Assembly: GCA_963725865.1 (NCBI GenBank)
Contig: CAVSAC010000006.1
Location: 1 to 40,029, forward strand
Direction of reading: 5' to 3'
Source of the DNA: Candidatus Eiseniibacteriota bacterium
GTDB lineage: Bacteria; Eisenbacteria; RBG-16-71-46
DNA length: 40,029 nt
The notes under the pieces were generated by a model. The model searched no databases. It was not told the origin of the DNA and saw only the letters and a list, made by a program, of their open reading frames with translations. The position numbers and the translations under genes are program-made. Positions 19,997-30,163 of this stretch are shown here, one piece after another. The stretch's first letter is position 1. Each line of letters begins with the position of its first letter.

Positions 19997-20584
19997 TCAG
20001 GTCGATCCGCGCTCGATACGCCGGGCCGATGGGGTCTCGAGCACGGCCTCGTAGACCGCGAGATCGCCCGGCGAGAAGCACGCGAACACCACCAGCTCGA
20101 GATCGGGGCATCCGCGCGCGGCCGCACGGACGGTCGCGACCGCGATCCCGGCGGCCCGCTCGATGGGGTATCCATAGATCCCGGTGCTGATGCTCGGGAA
20201 CGCGAGCGAGCGGATGCCGTGCTCGGCCGCGACCTCGAGCGAACGGCGGTAGCAGGAGGCCAGCAGCTCGGGCTCGCGCTCCCCGCCGCCGGTCCACACC
20301 GGGCCGACCGCGTGGATGACGTAGCGGGCCGGCAGCCGGTAGCCGTTCGTGAGCCGCACGTCGCCGGTCGCGCAGCCTCCCAGCGCGCGACACTCGCGCA
20401 GCAGGTCGGGTCCCGCGGCTCGATGGATCGCCCCGTCCACGCCGCCACCGCCGAGCAGCGAGGTGTTGGCCGCGTTGACGATCGCGTCGACCGCGAGCGT
20501 CGTGATGTCGGCGCACACGGCGCGGAGCGTGGCCGGCCGCACGGCGTGCTCGGGGCGATCCGTATGCAGGTGGTCCTCAGCCAC
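19997..20584 (-). CDS. Macro-domain O-acetyl-ADP-ribose deacetylase (YmdB-like)
   Basis: [55 protein letters not shown]. Confidence 0.92.
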   Translation of the reverse strand: MAEDHLHTDRPEHAVRPATLRAVCADITTLAVDAIVNAANTSLLGGGGVDGAIHRAAGPDLLRECRALGGCATGDVRLTNGYRLPARYVIHAVGPVWTGGGEREPELLASCYRRSLEVAAEHGIRSLAFPSISTGIYGYPIERAAGIAVATVRAAARGCPDLELVVFACFSPGDLAVYEAVLETPSARRIERGST

Positions 20585-20626
20585 GAGCTGACGTCTCCGG
20601 GTGAATGTCGAACGCGATGCGATTCC

Positions 20627-20749
20627 CTAGCGCTGCTTCGCCGCCGCCCGCTTCGCCTTGGCGCGCTCGGCCGCCTCCCTGGCCCGGAACTTCGCGATGC
20701 GCTCGATCAGCCTCGCGGGAACGGGCTCCGAGAGCGGGAAGGCGAGAGC
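20627..20749 (-). pseudogene. C-terminal remnant of a DUF1801/YdhG-like gene
   Basis: ALAFPLSEPVPARLIERIAKFRAREAAERAKAKRAAAKQR-stop, preceded by an in-frame TAG (20750-20752) with no start codon. Confidence 0.5.
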
Positions 20750-20818
20750 CTACCTCACTCCAGCCCTCGCGCCCGCCGCATTCCGCCCACGTCGATGGCA
20801 CGGCGCTCGCGAAGACGC

Positions 20819-21205
20819 CTACTCGACCTTCGCCCCGTTCGCGACCAGGAGCTGCCTCAGGATCGAGCGGTGGCAGCGGTCTTCGTGCTCGCAGTAGCAG
20901 CCGACGGAGAAGTCCGTCGTGCGCGAGAGCGCGGCCAGCAGTGCCAGGTCGTGCTTCGCCTCCGGCGCCGCCATCTCGGCCTTGTACTTCCTCGCGAACG
21001 CCGCCCATTGCGCCGGCGTCTTCGCTGCCTGCCCGAGCTTCATCGTCTCGACGCTCGGCGCGAGGTTCGGGAACCACACGTCGTACCAGTCCTGCTTCGC
21101 GAACTGCGACTTCGGCACGCCGCGGGGAGGACGGCGGACCGTGCCGATCCGCGTGCCCTCACCGGAACGACGCGGGGTGCCGAGGCGGATGACTCGTACG
21201 CTCAT
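20819..21205 (-). CDS. DUF488 family protein
   Basis: RIGTVRRPPRGVPK, WFPNLAPS, F.RKYKAEM, GCYCEHEDRCHRSIL. Confidence 0.85.
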   Translation of the reverse strand: MSVRVIRLGTPRRSGEGTRIGTVRRPPRGVPKSQFAKQDWYDVWFPNLAPSVETMKLGQAAKTPAQWAAFARKYKAEMAAPEAKHDLALLAALSRTTDFSVGCYCEHEDRCHRSILRQLLVANGAKVE

Positions 21206-21235
21206 GGAGCGACTCCAGGATGAAGGTGGCTCCGG

Positions 21236-21778
21236 CTACGACCGCGGGGTCTCGTGGTCGGTGAGCACGGGCAGGAACGGCACCCATGGGCCCACCGCGC
21301 TCCGGTATTGCTTGGCCATCACGCGCGCGACCTGGGCGATGTGCCCGAGGTCGTGGACCACCCACGCCGCGATCAGTTCGGCGAGGGTGACGCGCCCCAA
21401 TGTCGGGTGGATGCCGGGCAGGCCGAGGCGGTCGGGCGTCAGGTGCCAGGACTGGAGCAGCTCGAGATTGGCGGCTCGAAGCTGCGTGAACTCGGTGAGC
21501 AACGAATCGAGCGTGCGGCCGACGTTGCGCGTGCGGTGACGGAAGCGGTCGTACGGCTCGAAGCGCGGATCGGGTCCCCGGGCCAGGATGATGCGGGCCC
21601 GCGGGACCCAGTCGGTCTCCTCGCCGTCGATCAGATGGCCGACGACATCGAAGGCGCTGAACGTATCGGGACCCTCCGCTGCCCGCGTCCATGGGTCCGG
21701 CAGACCGTCGAGCAGGGCGCGCAGCGTCCCGGGAGTCCGGGCCAGGACAAGGGTGGAAGCCTCGAGATCGAAGTCCAT
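21236..21778 (-). CDS. DinB/YfiT family metalloprotein
   Basis: FSAFDVVGHLIDGEETDW, HPTLGRVTLAELIAAWVVHDLGHIAQ. Confidence 0.85.
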   Translation of the reverse strand: MDFDLEASTLVLARTPGTLRALLDGLPDPWTRAAEGPDTFSAFDVVGHLIDGEETDWVPRARIILARGPDPRFEPYDRFRHRTRNVGRTLDSLLTEFTQLRAANLELLQSWHLTPDRLGLPGIHPTLGRVTLAELIAAWVVHDLGHIAQVARVMAKQYRSAVGPWVPFLPVLTDHETPRS

Positions 21779-21978
21779 GTCGGGGAGTCCTCAGCGCGGG
21801 AGTCTGCGGCCATCCTGATGCGTCGAGTTCGGGTGATCCATCCACCTGCGTGTCGGTGACCGCGGTGTCAACCTACTCCGCGTCGCGGGGTCTTGAAACG
21901 AGTGCTAGTCTGCAGCCGTCGCGCGACGCACGCCGTGCGCCTCGCAAGCGCACGAACATCCCATCCGAGGAGCTCCTC

Positions 21979-22536
21979 ATGGCCCCGTTCTCTCCCGACG
22001 AGGTCCGCGCCGCGAGCCGCAAGATCTCGGCGGCGGACCACGCGGGTACGATCCGCTCCTTCTATCCCTTCTGGGACGCCCAGTACCGCCCGTACCTGAT
22101 CATGGCGATCGAGGCGCTGCCGCGAGAGCACTTCGACTTCAAGCCGCGCCCCGACATGCTCACCGCGCACCAGACGATCGTACACATCGCCGAGGCCGAG
22201 CGCGCCTGGATCCACGCGGTCGTGGAGGGCGGCCCCGACGAGTTCTGGGTGGTCGAGCATGAGCAGCCCGACCAGGGCTGGAGCACCGTGATCGACGCCC
22301 CCGATCATGCGGCCCTTCTGCGCCTGCTGGAAGCCTGGCATCGCCCGACGCAGCGCTGGCTCGACCGACCGACGTCGGAATTGGGGCGCGTCGTGACGCG
22401 CAGGCTGACCGACGATACCGAGCGGCGGTACACGCTGCACTGGATCCTCGACCACGTCCAGGAGCACGAGATCCACCATCGCGCCCAGCTCAACCTCTAT
22501 CTGCGGATGCTGGGGATCACACCACCCTCGATCTGA
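21979..22536 (+). CDS. DinB family protein
   Basis: TIVHIAEAE, HVQEHEIHHRAQLNLYLRMLGITPPSI; GAGGAG RBS. Confidence 0.85.
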   Translation: MAPFSPDEVRAASRKISAADHAGTIRSFYPFWDAQYRPYLIMAIEALPREHFDFKPRPDMLTAHQTIVHIAEAERAWIHAVVEGGPDEFWVVEHEQPDQGWSTVIDAPDHAALLRLLEAWHRPTQRWLDRPTSELGRVVTRRLTDDTERRYTLHWILDHVQEHEIHHRAQLNLYLRMLGITPPSI

Positions 22537-22565
22537 GCCGACGGCCGGACCTGACCGGTCTGCCA

Positions 22566-23408
22566 CTAGTCCGCGTGGGGCTTGAACACCGCACGGAACG
22601 CCCTGAGTGCCGCCGGATGGAAGATCGTCGAGTGCTTCTCCTCGGGCATCGCCTCGTAGTGCCAGTGGAGTCCCGGCGGCGCGTCCTTGGCGAGGATGTC
22701 CGCGAGCCCCTCCATGATCCGCGCGTTCTCCTTCTCCTCGCTGCTGGCGAAGTAGAGCGTCTTGTCCGACTTCGGCAGTGAGCGCAGGTGTTCCGCCGCG
22801 TGGTCGACGAGCTTGTGATCGTTCCACCAGAGACTCGGGTCGAACGCGAGATAGATGTCGAACAGATCCGGCTCGAGCAGGAAGGTCTCCACCACGAACA
22901 GCCCCGCCAGCGACTCGCCCACGATCGCGGTCTCGCCGGTCGTGCGGTATCGGGCCCGCACCTCGGGCATGAGCTCCCGACGGATGAACGCCCGGAACGT
23001 CTCGGCCCCACCCGCGCGGGGCGCGAGCTTCCGGTCGTCGGCGTTCTCCGTGGGGCCCGCCAGATCGTGGCGCCGCTGGGTGTTCTCGATGCCGACCAGG
23101 ATGAAGGGGCGCATCGTCCCGTTGCCGACGGACACCTGGACCAGGCCCGCGACGTGCAGGAAGTCCTCGGCCACGCCCCCGTCGGGCATGTAGAGCACGG
23201 GAAGGCGCACGCCGGAGGACTCGGCATGGACCGGCGGAAGGTAGACGTTGATGCGTCGCGTCTCGCCGAGCAGCCGGGAGTCGATCGTGAACGTCTCACC
23301 CACCACCAGCGGCAGAGCGGGACCTGCCGCGGCGGCCGCGGTGCCGGGGCGCGGAGCGAGCAACACGCACAGGAGTGAGACGGAGAGGATGATGCGGGAA
23401 CCGATCAC
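22566..23408 (-). CDS. Secreted alpha/beta hydrolase, putative esterase (IroE/Fes-like)
   Basis: Signal peptide; RRINVYLP, PVLYMPDG, nucleophile motif GESLAG, DPSLWW, EKHSTI. Confidence 0.85.
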   Translation of the reverse strand: MIGSRIILSVSLLCVLLAPRPGTAAAAAGPALPLVVGETFTIDSRLLGETRRINVYLPPVHAESSGVRLPVLYMPDGGVAEDFLHVAGLVQVSVGNGTMRPFILVGIENTQRRHDLAGPTENADDRKLAPRAGGAETFRAFIRRELMPEVRARYRTTGETAIVGESLAGLFVVETFLLEPDLFDIYLAFDPSLWWNDHKLVDHAAEHLRSLPKSDKTLYFASSEEKENARIMEGLADILAKDAPPGLHWHYEAMPEEKHSTIFHPAALRAFRAVFKPHAD

Positions 23409-23520
23409 GCCGAAGCCTCCGGGATGAGATGCGAAGCGCCTTGCGATGCGGCCCCGAAGCGGCGTCCTCCACCTGCGAGGGGATCGGCCCATGCAGGCGT
23501 CCGTCCCGGTGATCCTCCCC

Positions 23521-25337
23521 CTACCGCCACCAGCCGTCCACCTTCGCCACCGTCTCGGGCAGGCTCGCGACCGGCTCGGGGTAGCCGGGCTTCCACGTCG
23601 CGTCGATGCCGAGCGGGCCGCGGCGGTGAGCCAGGCGCCGCGCGATCTCGGTGCGCGCGGGCACCACGTCGCGCGCGCAGTCGAAGCGCGTGAAGAAGCC
23701 CCACAGCAGCGTGGCGTCGTCGGCCAGGGCGACGTCCTCGCTCACCGCGACGATCAGCGGCACGCCGGCGTACTCGGGGCGGCGCACCAGCGCCTCGATC
23801 ACCGCGCGGCCGGGCGTGGCGTCAGCGCGCGGCGGCTCGTCGGCGGCCCAGCCGGCGTCGTCGCCGCCCACGGCGCCCTGGACGCGCACCGCGAGCACGC
23901 CGCCCCAGGCCAGCCGGCAGTCCAGCACGCGCGCGTCGAAGGCGCGCGGGTCGGCGACGTCGCGCAGGGGCTCGCGGCTCGGCGCGGCCGGGCTTGGTCT
24001 GCGCGTCGAGCACCATCTTGCTGCCGAGGTTCATGGTGAAGCGAGGTGAAGTCGAGCGTGTCGAGCGGCACGCCGGGCAGCAGCAGCAGGTCCTCGGCGG
24101 GATCGAAGTGGCGCGCGATCGCCTCGAACACCGCGCGCCGGTCGCGCGGGTCGACGTCGCCGTCCACGAGCACGACGCACTTGGTGAGCGAGAGCTGCCC
24201 GGTGCCCATCAGGCCGAGCGCGGTCTTGCGCGCCTCGCGGGCGAAGCGGTTCTCGACCGACGACCACGAGCAGGTTGTGGAAGCCGGCCTCGAAGTACGC
24301 CCACAGGTCCGCGATCTCGGGGTGGATCACCTTGAGCACGCCGGTGAACATCTCCTGCACCGCCTCGCCCATCCACTTGTCCTCCTGCGGCGGCTTGCCG
24401 ACGACGCTGGCCTGGAAGACGGCATCGCTCGCGGTGCGTCACGCTCTCGCACGTGGAAGACGGGGAAGGGCGCGGCGTGCGAGTAGTGGCCGAAGTGGTC
24501 GCCGAACGGGCCCTCGATCCGGCGCTCGCCGGCGGGCACCACGCCCTCGATCACGAACTCGGCGTCGGCGGGCACCGCCATCGTCGAGCGTGCGCGCGCG
24601 CGCGAGCCGGGTCGGCGCGCCGCGCAGGAAGCCGGCGAACGCCAGCTCGTCGATGCCCTCGGGCAGCGGCGCGACGGCCGGCGAGCAGCGTGGCCGGATC
24701 GGCGCCCACCGCGACCGCGACCTCGAGCCCGGCGCCGCGCTTCTCGGCCTTGTGGAAGTGGAAGCCGCCGCCCTTGCCGATCTGCCAGTGCATGCCGGTG
24801 GTCTTCGCGTCGAAGACGTGCATGCGGTAGATGCCGAGGTTGCGCCTGCGCGTGTCGGGGTCCTCGGTGAACACCAGCGGGAAGGTGACGAAGCGCCCGC
24901 CGTCGCGCGGCCACAGCTGCAGGATGGGCAGCGCCGACAGGTCGGCGCCGAGCGTGTGCACCTGCGCGGGTCCGCTCTCGAGCGCGCGCGGGCCGGCTGG
25001 CGAGCACGCGGCGCGCCGAGCCGCGCAGCGCCCACAGGTCGCCGAGCGCCTTCGGCGGCAGCGCGTGGAAGATGGACTCGATCTCGGCGCCGACCTCGCG
25101 CGGGGTGCGGCCGATCGCCCACTCGATGCGGCGCCTTGCGGCGAGCACGTTGACCGCGAGCGGGAAGCGCGCGCCGCGCACGTTCTCGAACAGCAGCGCC
25201 GGGCCCTCGGCCCGCGCCTCGCGGCAGGCGATCTCGGTGACCTCGAACGCCCAGTCCACCTCGCGCGTGACGCGCTTGAGGTCGCCGCGCCGCTCGAGCT
25301 CGGCGAGGAACGCGCCCAGCGTGCGGAAGCCGGTCAC
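23521..25337 (-). CDS. ubiD: UbiD family prFMN-dependent decarboxylase (menaquinone pathway, MqnL-type; frameshifted)
   Basis: GPALLFENV, WPRDGGRFVT, NLGIYRMHV, MHWQIGKGG, EGPFGDHFGHYS, GFHNLLVV, PLDTLDFTS, GIDATWKPGYP. Confidence 0.88.
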
Positions 25338-25555
25338 GGCGCGCTGCCCGCGCGGGCGGCGTCGGCCTCGGCGAGGCTGTCGGCGAGGGCGCGCTCGCGC
25401 TGGGTGGCGCGGCGCTGCTCGGACTGCCGGGCCGAGACGGCGCGGCGCCAGTGGAGCAACCGGCCGGCGTAGAGCCCGTAGAGCAGCATCACCACGATGC
25501 CGGCGACCACCGCCAGCACCGCGCCGAGCGCGACCCGCGAGCGCCAGTCGATCAC
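25334..25555 (-). CDS. Small single-TM protein coupled between ubiX and ubiD
   Basis: VIDWRSRVALGAVLAVVAGIVVMLLYGLYAG...; GTGA start/stop overlaps at both ends. Confidence 0.6.
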   Translation of the reverse strand: MIDWRSRVALGAVLAVVAGIVVMLLYGLYAGRLLHWRRAVSARQSEQRRATQRERALADSLAEADAARAGSAP

Positions 25556-26107
25556 TCGAGCTCCTCGTCGCGCCAGCCGGGACCGGCGTCCTCGCCCAGC
25601 AGCGCGAGCACCTTGGAGGTGAACCCACCCACCAGCTGGTCGAGGTCCCTGGGGTTGGCGTACCACGGCGGCGAGATCGGCATGACGATCACGCCCTCGC
25701 GCGAGAGCTGGTACAGGTTCTCGCAGCGCGATGGTCGACAGCGGAGTCTCGCGCACGCACAGCACCATGCGCATGCGCTCCTTGAGCGCCACCGCGGCGG
25801 CGCGGGTGATGAGTGTGTCGGCGATGCCGGCGGCGATCTTGCCCAGGGTCGACACGCTGCACGGGGTGATGATGAGGGCGTCGTGGCGGTTGGACCCGGA
25901 CGAGAACGGCGCCGCCAGGTCGGTGTCGGCGAAGACCTTCTTCACGTGCGGCGCGAGGTCGCTGGGCTTGAGGCCGAGCTCGGTCGCCATCACCTGGCGC
26001 GCCCAGTCCGACATCACCAGGTACTTCTCGCCCGGCAGCCGCTTGAGCAGGTCGACGCCGTAGATGCTGCCCGAAGCGCCGGTCATGCCGATCAGGTAGC
26101 GCGCCAT
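25552..26107 (-). CDS. ubiX: Flavin prenyltransferase (one frameshift)
   Basis: IGMTGASGSIYG, APFSSGS, PCSVSTLGKIAAGIADTLITRAAAVALKER, RETPLS, PPWY. Confidence 0.92.
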
Positions 26108-26108
26108 C

Positions 26109-27021
26109 TCAGAACCCTCCGGTGACGAGCCGCGCCACCATCACCATCACGAACACCGCCGCGCTCACCCACACGTTGATCTTGAAGAACGCCAGGTTCA
26201 CGTCCTCGGCCCAGTGCTGCTCCAGCTCGAGCATGGTGACGATCGTCAGCCACACCACCAGCACCGCCAGGAACGCGCGCACGGTGATGCCGCCCGTGGC
26301 CTGCCCGAGCAGCGCGACTGCGGCGCCGCCCAGGGCGAGTGCCGCCGAGGCGGTGCAGGAACGCCGAGACCTCGAGCGCGCGGGTGCGGCCCAGCCACAC
26401 CACCATGGAGTGCACACCGTGCTCGCGGTCGAACGCCTCGTCGAGCGTGCCGTAGATGATGTCGAACCCGGTGCCCCAGCACAGCGCGAACAGCGCGATC
26501 CCGACGGCGGGCCCGGGATGCTCGAGGCCGGGGTGGGCCACCGCCCAGCCGGCGAGCGCCGAGAGCGACATGGCGGCGCCGACGCCGACGTGGCAGAACG
26601 GGGTGAAGCGCTTGAGCTAGGGATAGATCGCGAACACCGCGAGCGGGATCGGCGACACCTTCACGTACAGCGGCCCGAGCCCCACGCATGCGGCGAGGTA
26701 GAGGGCCATGCTCACCAGCAGCAGGGCCCAGCCCTCGGCCAGCTTCATGCGGCCGGAGGGCAGCTCGCGCACCCGGGTGCGCGGGTTGAGCGCGTCGATG
26801 CGACGGTCGATGAGCCGGTTCATCGCCATCGCCGCGGTGCGCGCGCCGACCGCGGCGAGCGCGGTGAGCGCCCAGCGCGCCGGGCTCATGGCGTCGCCCG
26901 GCTGGGTGAAGACGCCGGCGAGGATGAGCGGGAGCGAGAACAACGTGTGCTCCAGCCGCACGAACGAGGCGTACGTGCGCAGGCGCTGGACGGGGCTGAT
27001 GGGGGCGGTGGCCGTGGGCAT
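26109..27021 (-). CDS. mqnP: UbiA-like prenyltransferase (MqnP type); contains an in-frame TAG and one frameshift
   Basis: FVRLEHTLFSLP, ARTAAMAMNRLIDRRIDALNPRTRVRELPSG, YP*LKRFT, GFDIIYGTLDEAFDREHGVHS, VNLAFFKIN. Confidence 0.8.
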
Positions 27022-27213
27022 GCGGGAAGTCCCGGCGCGCGACCATCGCGCGCGGCGGGTGGCACAGAGTAGGCGCTCGCCGCCCGCCCGTCGAGTCCGC
27101 GGCGGGCGGCGGGTGCATCAGCCGGGCCACCGGCGCCACCTCTGAAGCCGGACGACCTCCCCAGCCGTCTTCGTCGACGCCGCAGTCCCCCCCAGCCATG
27201 GAGCGCCGCCCGC

Positions 27214-28644
27214 ATGAGACCCAGCCGACTGCTGCCCGTCGCGGCCCTGCTGCTCGCCGCCGCCCCCGCCTCCGGCGCCACGCCTCGGTACTCGCTCATC
27301 GACATCGGGGTCTTGCCGGGGCGCACAGGGAGCTCGTCGCTCCACATCAACGCGGTGGGTCAGGTCACGGGCTACTCGTTCTCCGGCACGGGGCAGTCCG
27401 GCAATGGCTTCCGTTGGACGCCGGGCGTGGCGGGCGGCCCGGCGACGCTCGAGGACCTGGCCACGCTGGCGGGCGGGGACCAGTCGATCGGTCTCGACAT
27501 CGACGACGCCGGCGAGGTCGCGGGCGACAGCAACACCAACCACGCCGCGCCGCGCGGTGTGCTGTGGCAGGGCACGGCGCCGGTCGAGCTGTTCCTCGGC
27601 AACGGCAACGCCAACATCCACGCCTGCGGCATCAACAACCACGGCCTGCTGTGCGGCTACATGACCGGCAGCGGCTCGGGCAACCCGGACAAGTTCCGCG
27701 CCGTGCTCTGGAACGAGGATCTCGCCCACCCGGGCCGGTACATCACCACCGTGCTCGGCATCCTGCCCGGCGGCGACACGCTGCAATCCTTCGGCGTCGC
27801 GAGCGGCATCAACGACGCTGGCCAGGTCGTGGGCTGGTCGTTCCTCGCCGACGGCACCGGCAACCACGCGGTGATCTGGGACAGCGACCCCGCGCACACC
27901 CTCATCGACCTGCCGCAGCCGGCGGGCGCGGGCGGCGTGATCGCGAACGGCATCAACCAGGCCGGCGAGGTGGCGGGGTACCAGTTCATCTCCGGCGCGA
28001 TGGACCGCGCGGTGCTGTGGGGCCCGGGCCCGGCGCGCACGCCGGTGGACCTGGGCACGCTGCCCGGCCGCAACGCCTCGGGCGCCACCGGTCTCAACGA
28101 CCGGGGCGAGGTGGTGGGCACGTCGTACGTCTTCGATCCCGCGCTCGGCGGCACCGGAGCGCACGGCTTCGTCTGGCAGGGAGCGACGATGAGCGACCTC
28201 AACGACCTGCTCGACGCCAGCGGCGCGGGCTGGGTGGTGACCGACGCCGCGGCGGTGAACGACAGCGGCTGGATCGCCGCCACCGCCGTCGACGCCAGCG
28301 GCGCGCAGCGCGCGGTGGTGCTGGTGCCCGCCCCACCGGTGCTGGCGGTGGGTGATGGCCCGGCGCGCGGCGCGCTCGCGGTCGCGACCTGGCCCAACCC
28401 GGCGCGCGCCGGCGTGGACGTGCGCTTCGCGCTGGCCCGCGGTGGGCCTGCCAAGGTGGAGGTGTTCGACGTGCGCGGTCGCCGCATCGCGGCGCTCGGC
28501 GATGCCGACTTCGGCGCCGGCGTGCACGAGCTGCGCTGGGACGGCCGCGACGCCTCCGGCGGCCGCGCGGCCCCGGGTCTCTACCTGGTGAAGGTGGCGA
28601 GCGGCGAGGTCGTGGCGCGGGCGAAGGTGGTGCTCGAGCGCTGA
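27214..28644 (+). CDS. Secreted HAF-repeat (beta-propeller-like) protein with a C-terminal FlgD-Ig/T9SS-like sorting domain
   Basis: Signal peptide; repeats of DLGTLPG..S.A.GIN..G.VVG....HA..W; C-terminus WPNP...VFDVRGRRI...WDGRDASG...PGLYLV. Confidence 0.8.
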   Translation: MRPSRLLPVAALLLAAAPASGATPRYSLIDIGVLPGRTGSSSLHINAVGQVTGYSFSGTGQSGNGFRWTPGVAGGPATLEDLATLAGGDQSIGLDIDDAGEVAGDSNTNHAAPRGVLWQGTAPVELFLGNGNANIHACGINNHGLLCGYMTGSGSGNPDKFRAVLWNEDLAHPGRYITTVLGILPGGDTLQSFGVASGINDAGQVVGWSFLADGTGNHAVIWDSDPAHTLIDLPQPAGAGGVIANGINQAGEVAGYQFISGAMDRAVLWGPGPARTPVDLGTLPGRNASGATGLNDRGEVVGTSYVFDPALGGTGAHGFVWQGATMSDLNDLLDASGAGWVVTDAAAVNDSGWIAATAVDASGAQRAVVLVPAPPVLAVGDGPARGALAVATWPNPARAGVDVRFALARGGPAKVEVFDVRGRRIAALGDADFGAGVHELRWDGRDASGGRAAPGLYLVKVASGEVVARAKVVLER

Positions 28645-28705
28645 GGCTCCCGCGACGACGGGGTCGTGGCCAGGGCGTGCCGCCCGGTGGAGCGGCGCGC
28701 CTTCG

Positions 28706-29980
28706 TCATGCGCGGCGCGTGAGGGTGGCCGGCTCGATGCGCGCCTGCTGGGCCGGGCTCATCGCCACGAACTCGAGTCCGAGGCTGAGCGCGCTCTCCG
28801 GATCGGTCGCGGCCGGCTCGCGGTCCACCCACGCGACGCGCGCGGCGAGGCGCTCCGCGCCTCCCTCGCCTGGCAGCGACAGGTGCACCGCCACCACCGA
28901 CTCGCGCAGCGCGCTGCACGCCTGGAGCACGTCGCCGCGGCGGAAGCGCACGCTCAGCCCACTCACCGACAGGTCGAGCAGCGCGCCCGGCAGCGGCGCC
29001 ACGCGCGTGCCGGCGAGGCCGAGCAGCACCACGCCGTTGGCGGCCTGCACGCTGAGCCGATTCTCGCGCCGGCGCTCGATCGGCGCTCCCACCGCGACCA
29101 TCGGCTCGGCCATGGGATCGGGCCGCGGGCCCCGGGCGACTTCTCTCGAGGCCGGTGGCGCGGCGGATGACGCCTCGGCCAGTGCGTCGGCATCGGCGGT
29201 GGCCGCGGCGGCGGCGACCAGGTCGGCGACCTGCTCGTCGTCCGCGCTCTCGGCAGTGGCGCTCGGCGCCGGCCCCGCATGGGACGCGCCGGGCTCGCGC
29301 ACCGCGGAGAACAGCTCCGGGTCGAGGCACAGGCACTCGGCCGGCGTGTCGGGCTCGATGTGAAGGCGGGGCCCGTCCTTGGAGGCGCTCGGCAGCACGA
29401 TGAAGTCGCCCGGCTCGGCGATGGTCACATCGCCCGCGGGCTCGCCCTCGCGCACCACCGCCCAGCGCAGTCGGCCGTGCAGCACCACCCAGAGAAGCCC
29501 GTTCTCCGGCACCACCTCGCGCGGATTCATGCCGAGCGACTCCACCCGGCAGCGCTCGGAGGCGCGTGCGAACTCGGCTGCGCCGAGCCGCACCAGCACC
29601 TGCGGCCCGAACGCCCGCATGGCGTCCTGGCTGCGGCGGCGGCGCTCGGAGCGCGCGAGCGAGACGAACCACTGGTGCATGGCGTGGTAGCGACGCTCGT
29701 GCAGGGTGATGGGCGGATGGAGCTCGTCGAGCCGGCGCTGCGCGGCGAGCGCCAGGAACATCTCGCCGCGGCCGACCGCGAGCGGGAGCAGCCGCTCGTA
29801 CTGCAGCAGCGCCAGCCCGGGCTCCTCGAGCGTCATGTAGAGGGCGGCCAGCAGGTAGCGGGGCGGGAGGTCGTAGGGCTGAGCATCGACGGTGGCACGC
29901 GCGAGGCGCACGCATTCGTGCAGGTCGCCGGACCGGTAGGGCGCGGCGATCGCTTCCCACAGGGGTGGGATCGGACTCAT
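28706..29980 (-). CDS. PilZ-domain protein with an N-terminal TPR-like region and a degenerate cNMP-binding-like region
   Basis: ERRRENR (RxxxR) and DLSVSGL (DxSxxG) motifs, ARVAWV, LGLEF. Confidence 0.7.
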   Translation of the reverse strand: MSPIPPLWEAIAAPYRSGDLHECVRLARATVDAQPYDLPPRYLLAALYMTLEEPGLALLQYERLLPLAVGRGEMFLALAAQRRLDELHPPITLHERRYHAMHQWFVSLARSERRRRSQDAMRAFGPQVLVRLGAAEFARASERCRVESLGMNPREVVPENGLLWVVLHGRLRWAVVREGEPAGDVTIAEPGDFIVLPSASKDGPRLHIEPDTPAECLCLDPELFSAVREPGASHAGPAPSATAESADDEQVADLVAAAAATADADALAEASSAAPPASREVARGPRPDPMAEPMVAVGAPIERRRENRLSVQAANGVVLLGLAGTRVAPLPGALLDLSVSGLSVRFRRGDVLQACSALRESVVAVHLSLPGEGGAERLAARVAWVDREPAATDPESALSLGLEFVAMSPAQQARIEPATLTRRA

Positions 29981-30163
29981 GCGCGCCTTTTCCTCCGAGC
30001 ACCGGGGAGAGCAGGGGACGACGGGAGACCGGGGAGTCCCCGGAGTCATCGGCACCCGACGCGCGACGCTTGAGGCGCGGCCGCGGTCGTGATTCCCGCC
30101 GGCTGGCCCGCCGGGCCGCTGCTATACTCCGCGCCCTGCCACACCCCAGCGGGGACCCCGACC

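Noticed and set aside
25334..26107. Apparent UbiX-transmembrane fusion
   Set aside because: Created by a frameshift near 25720; the normal UbiX C-terminus is present in another frame and ends at 25552
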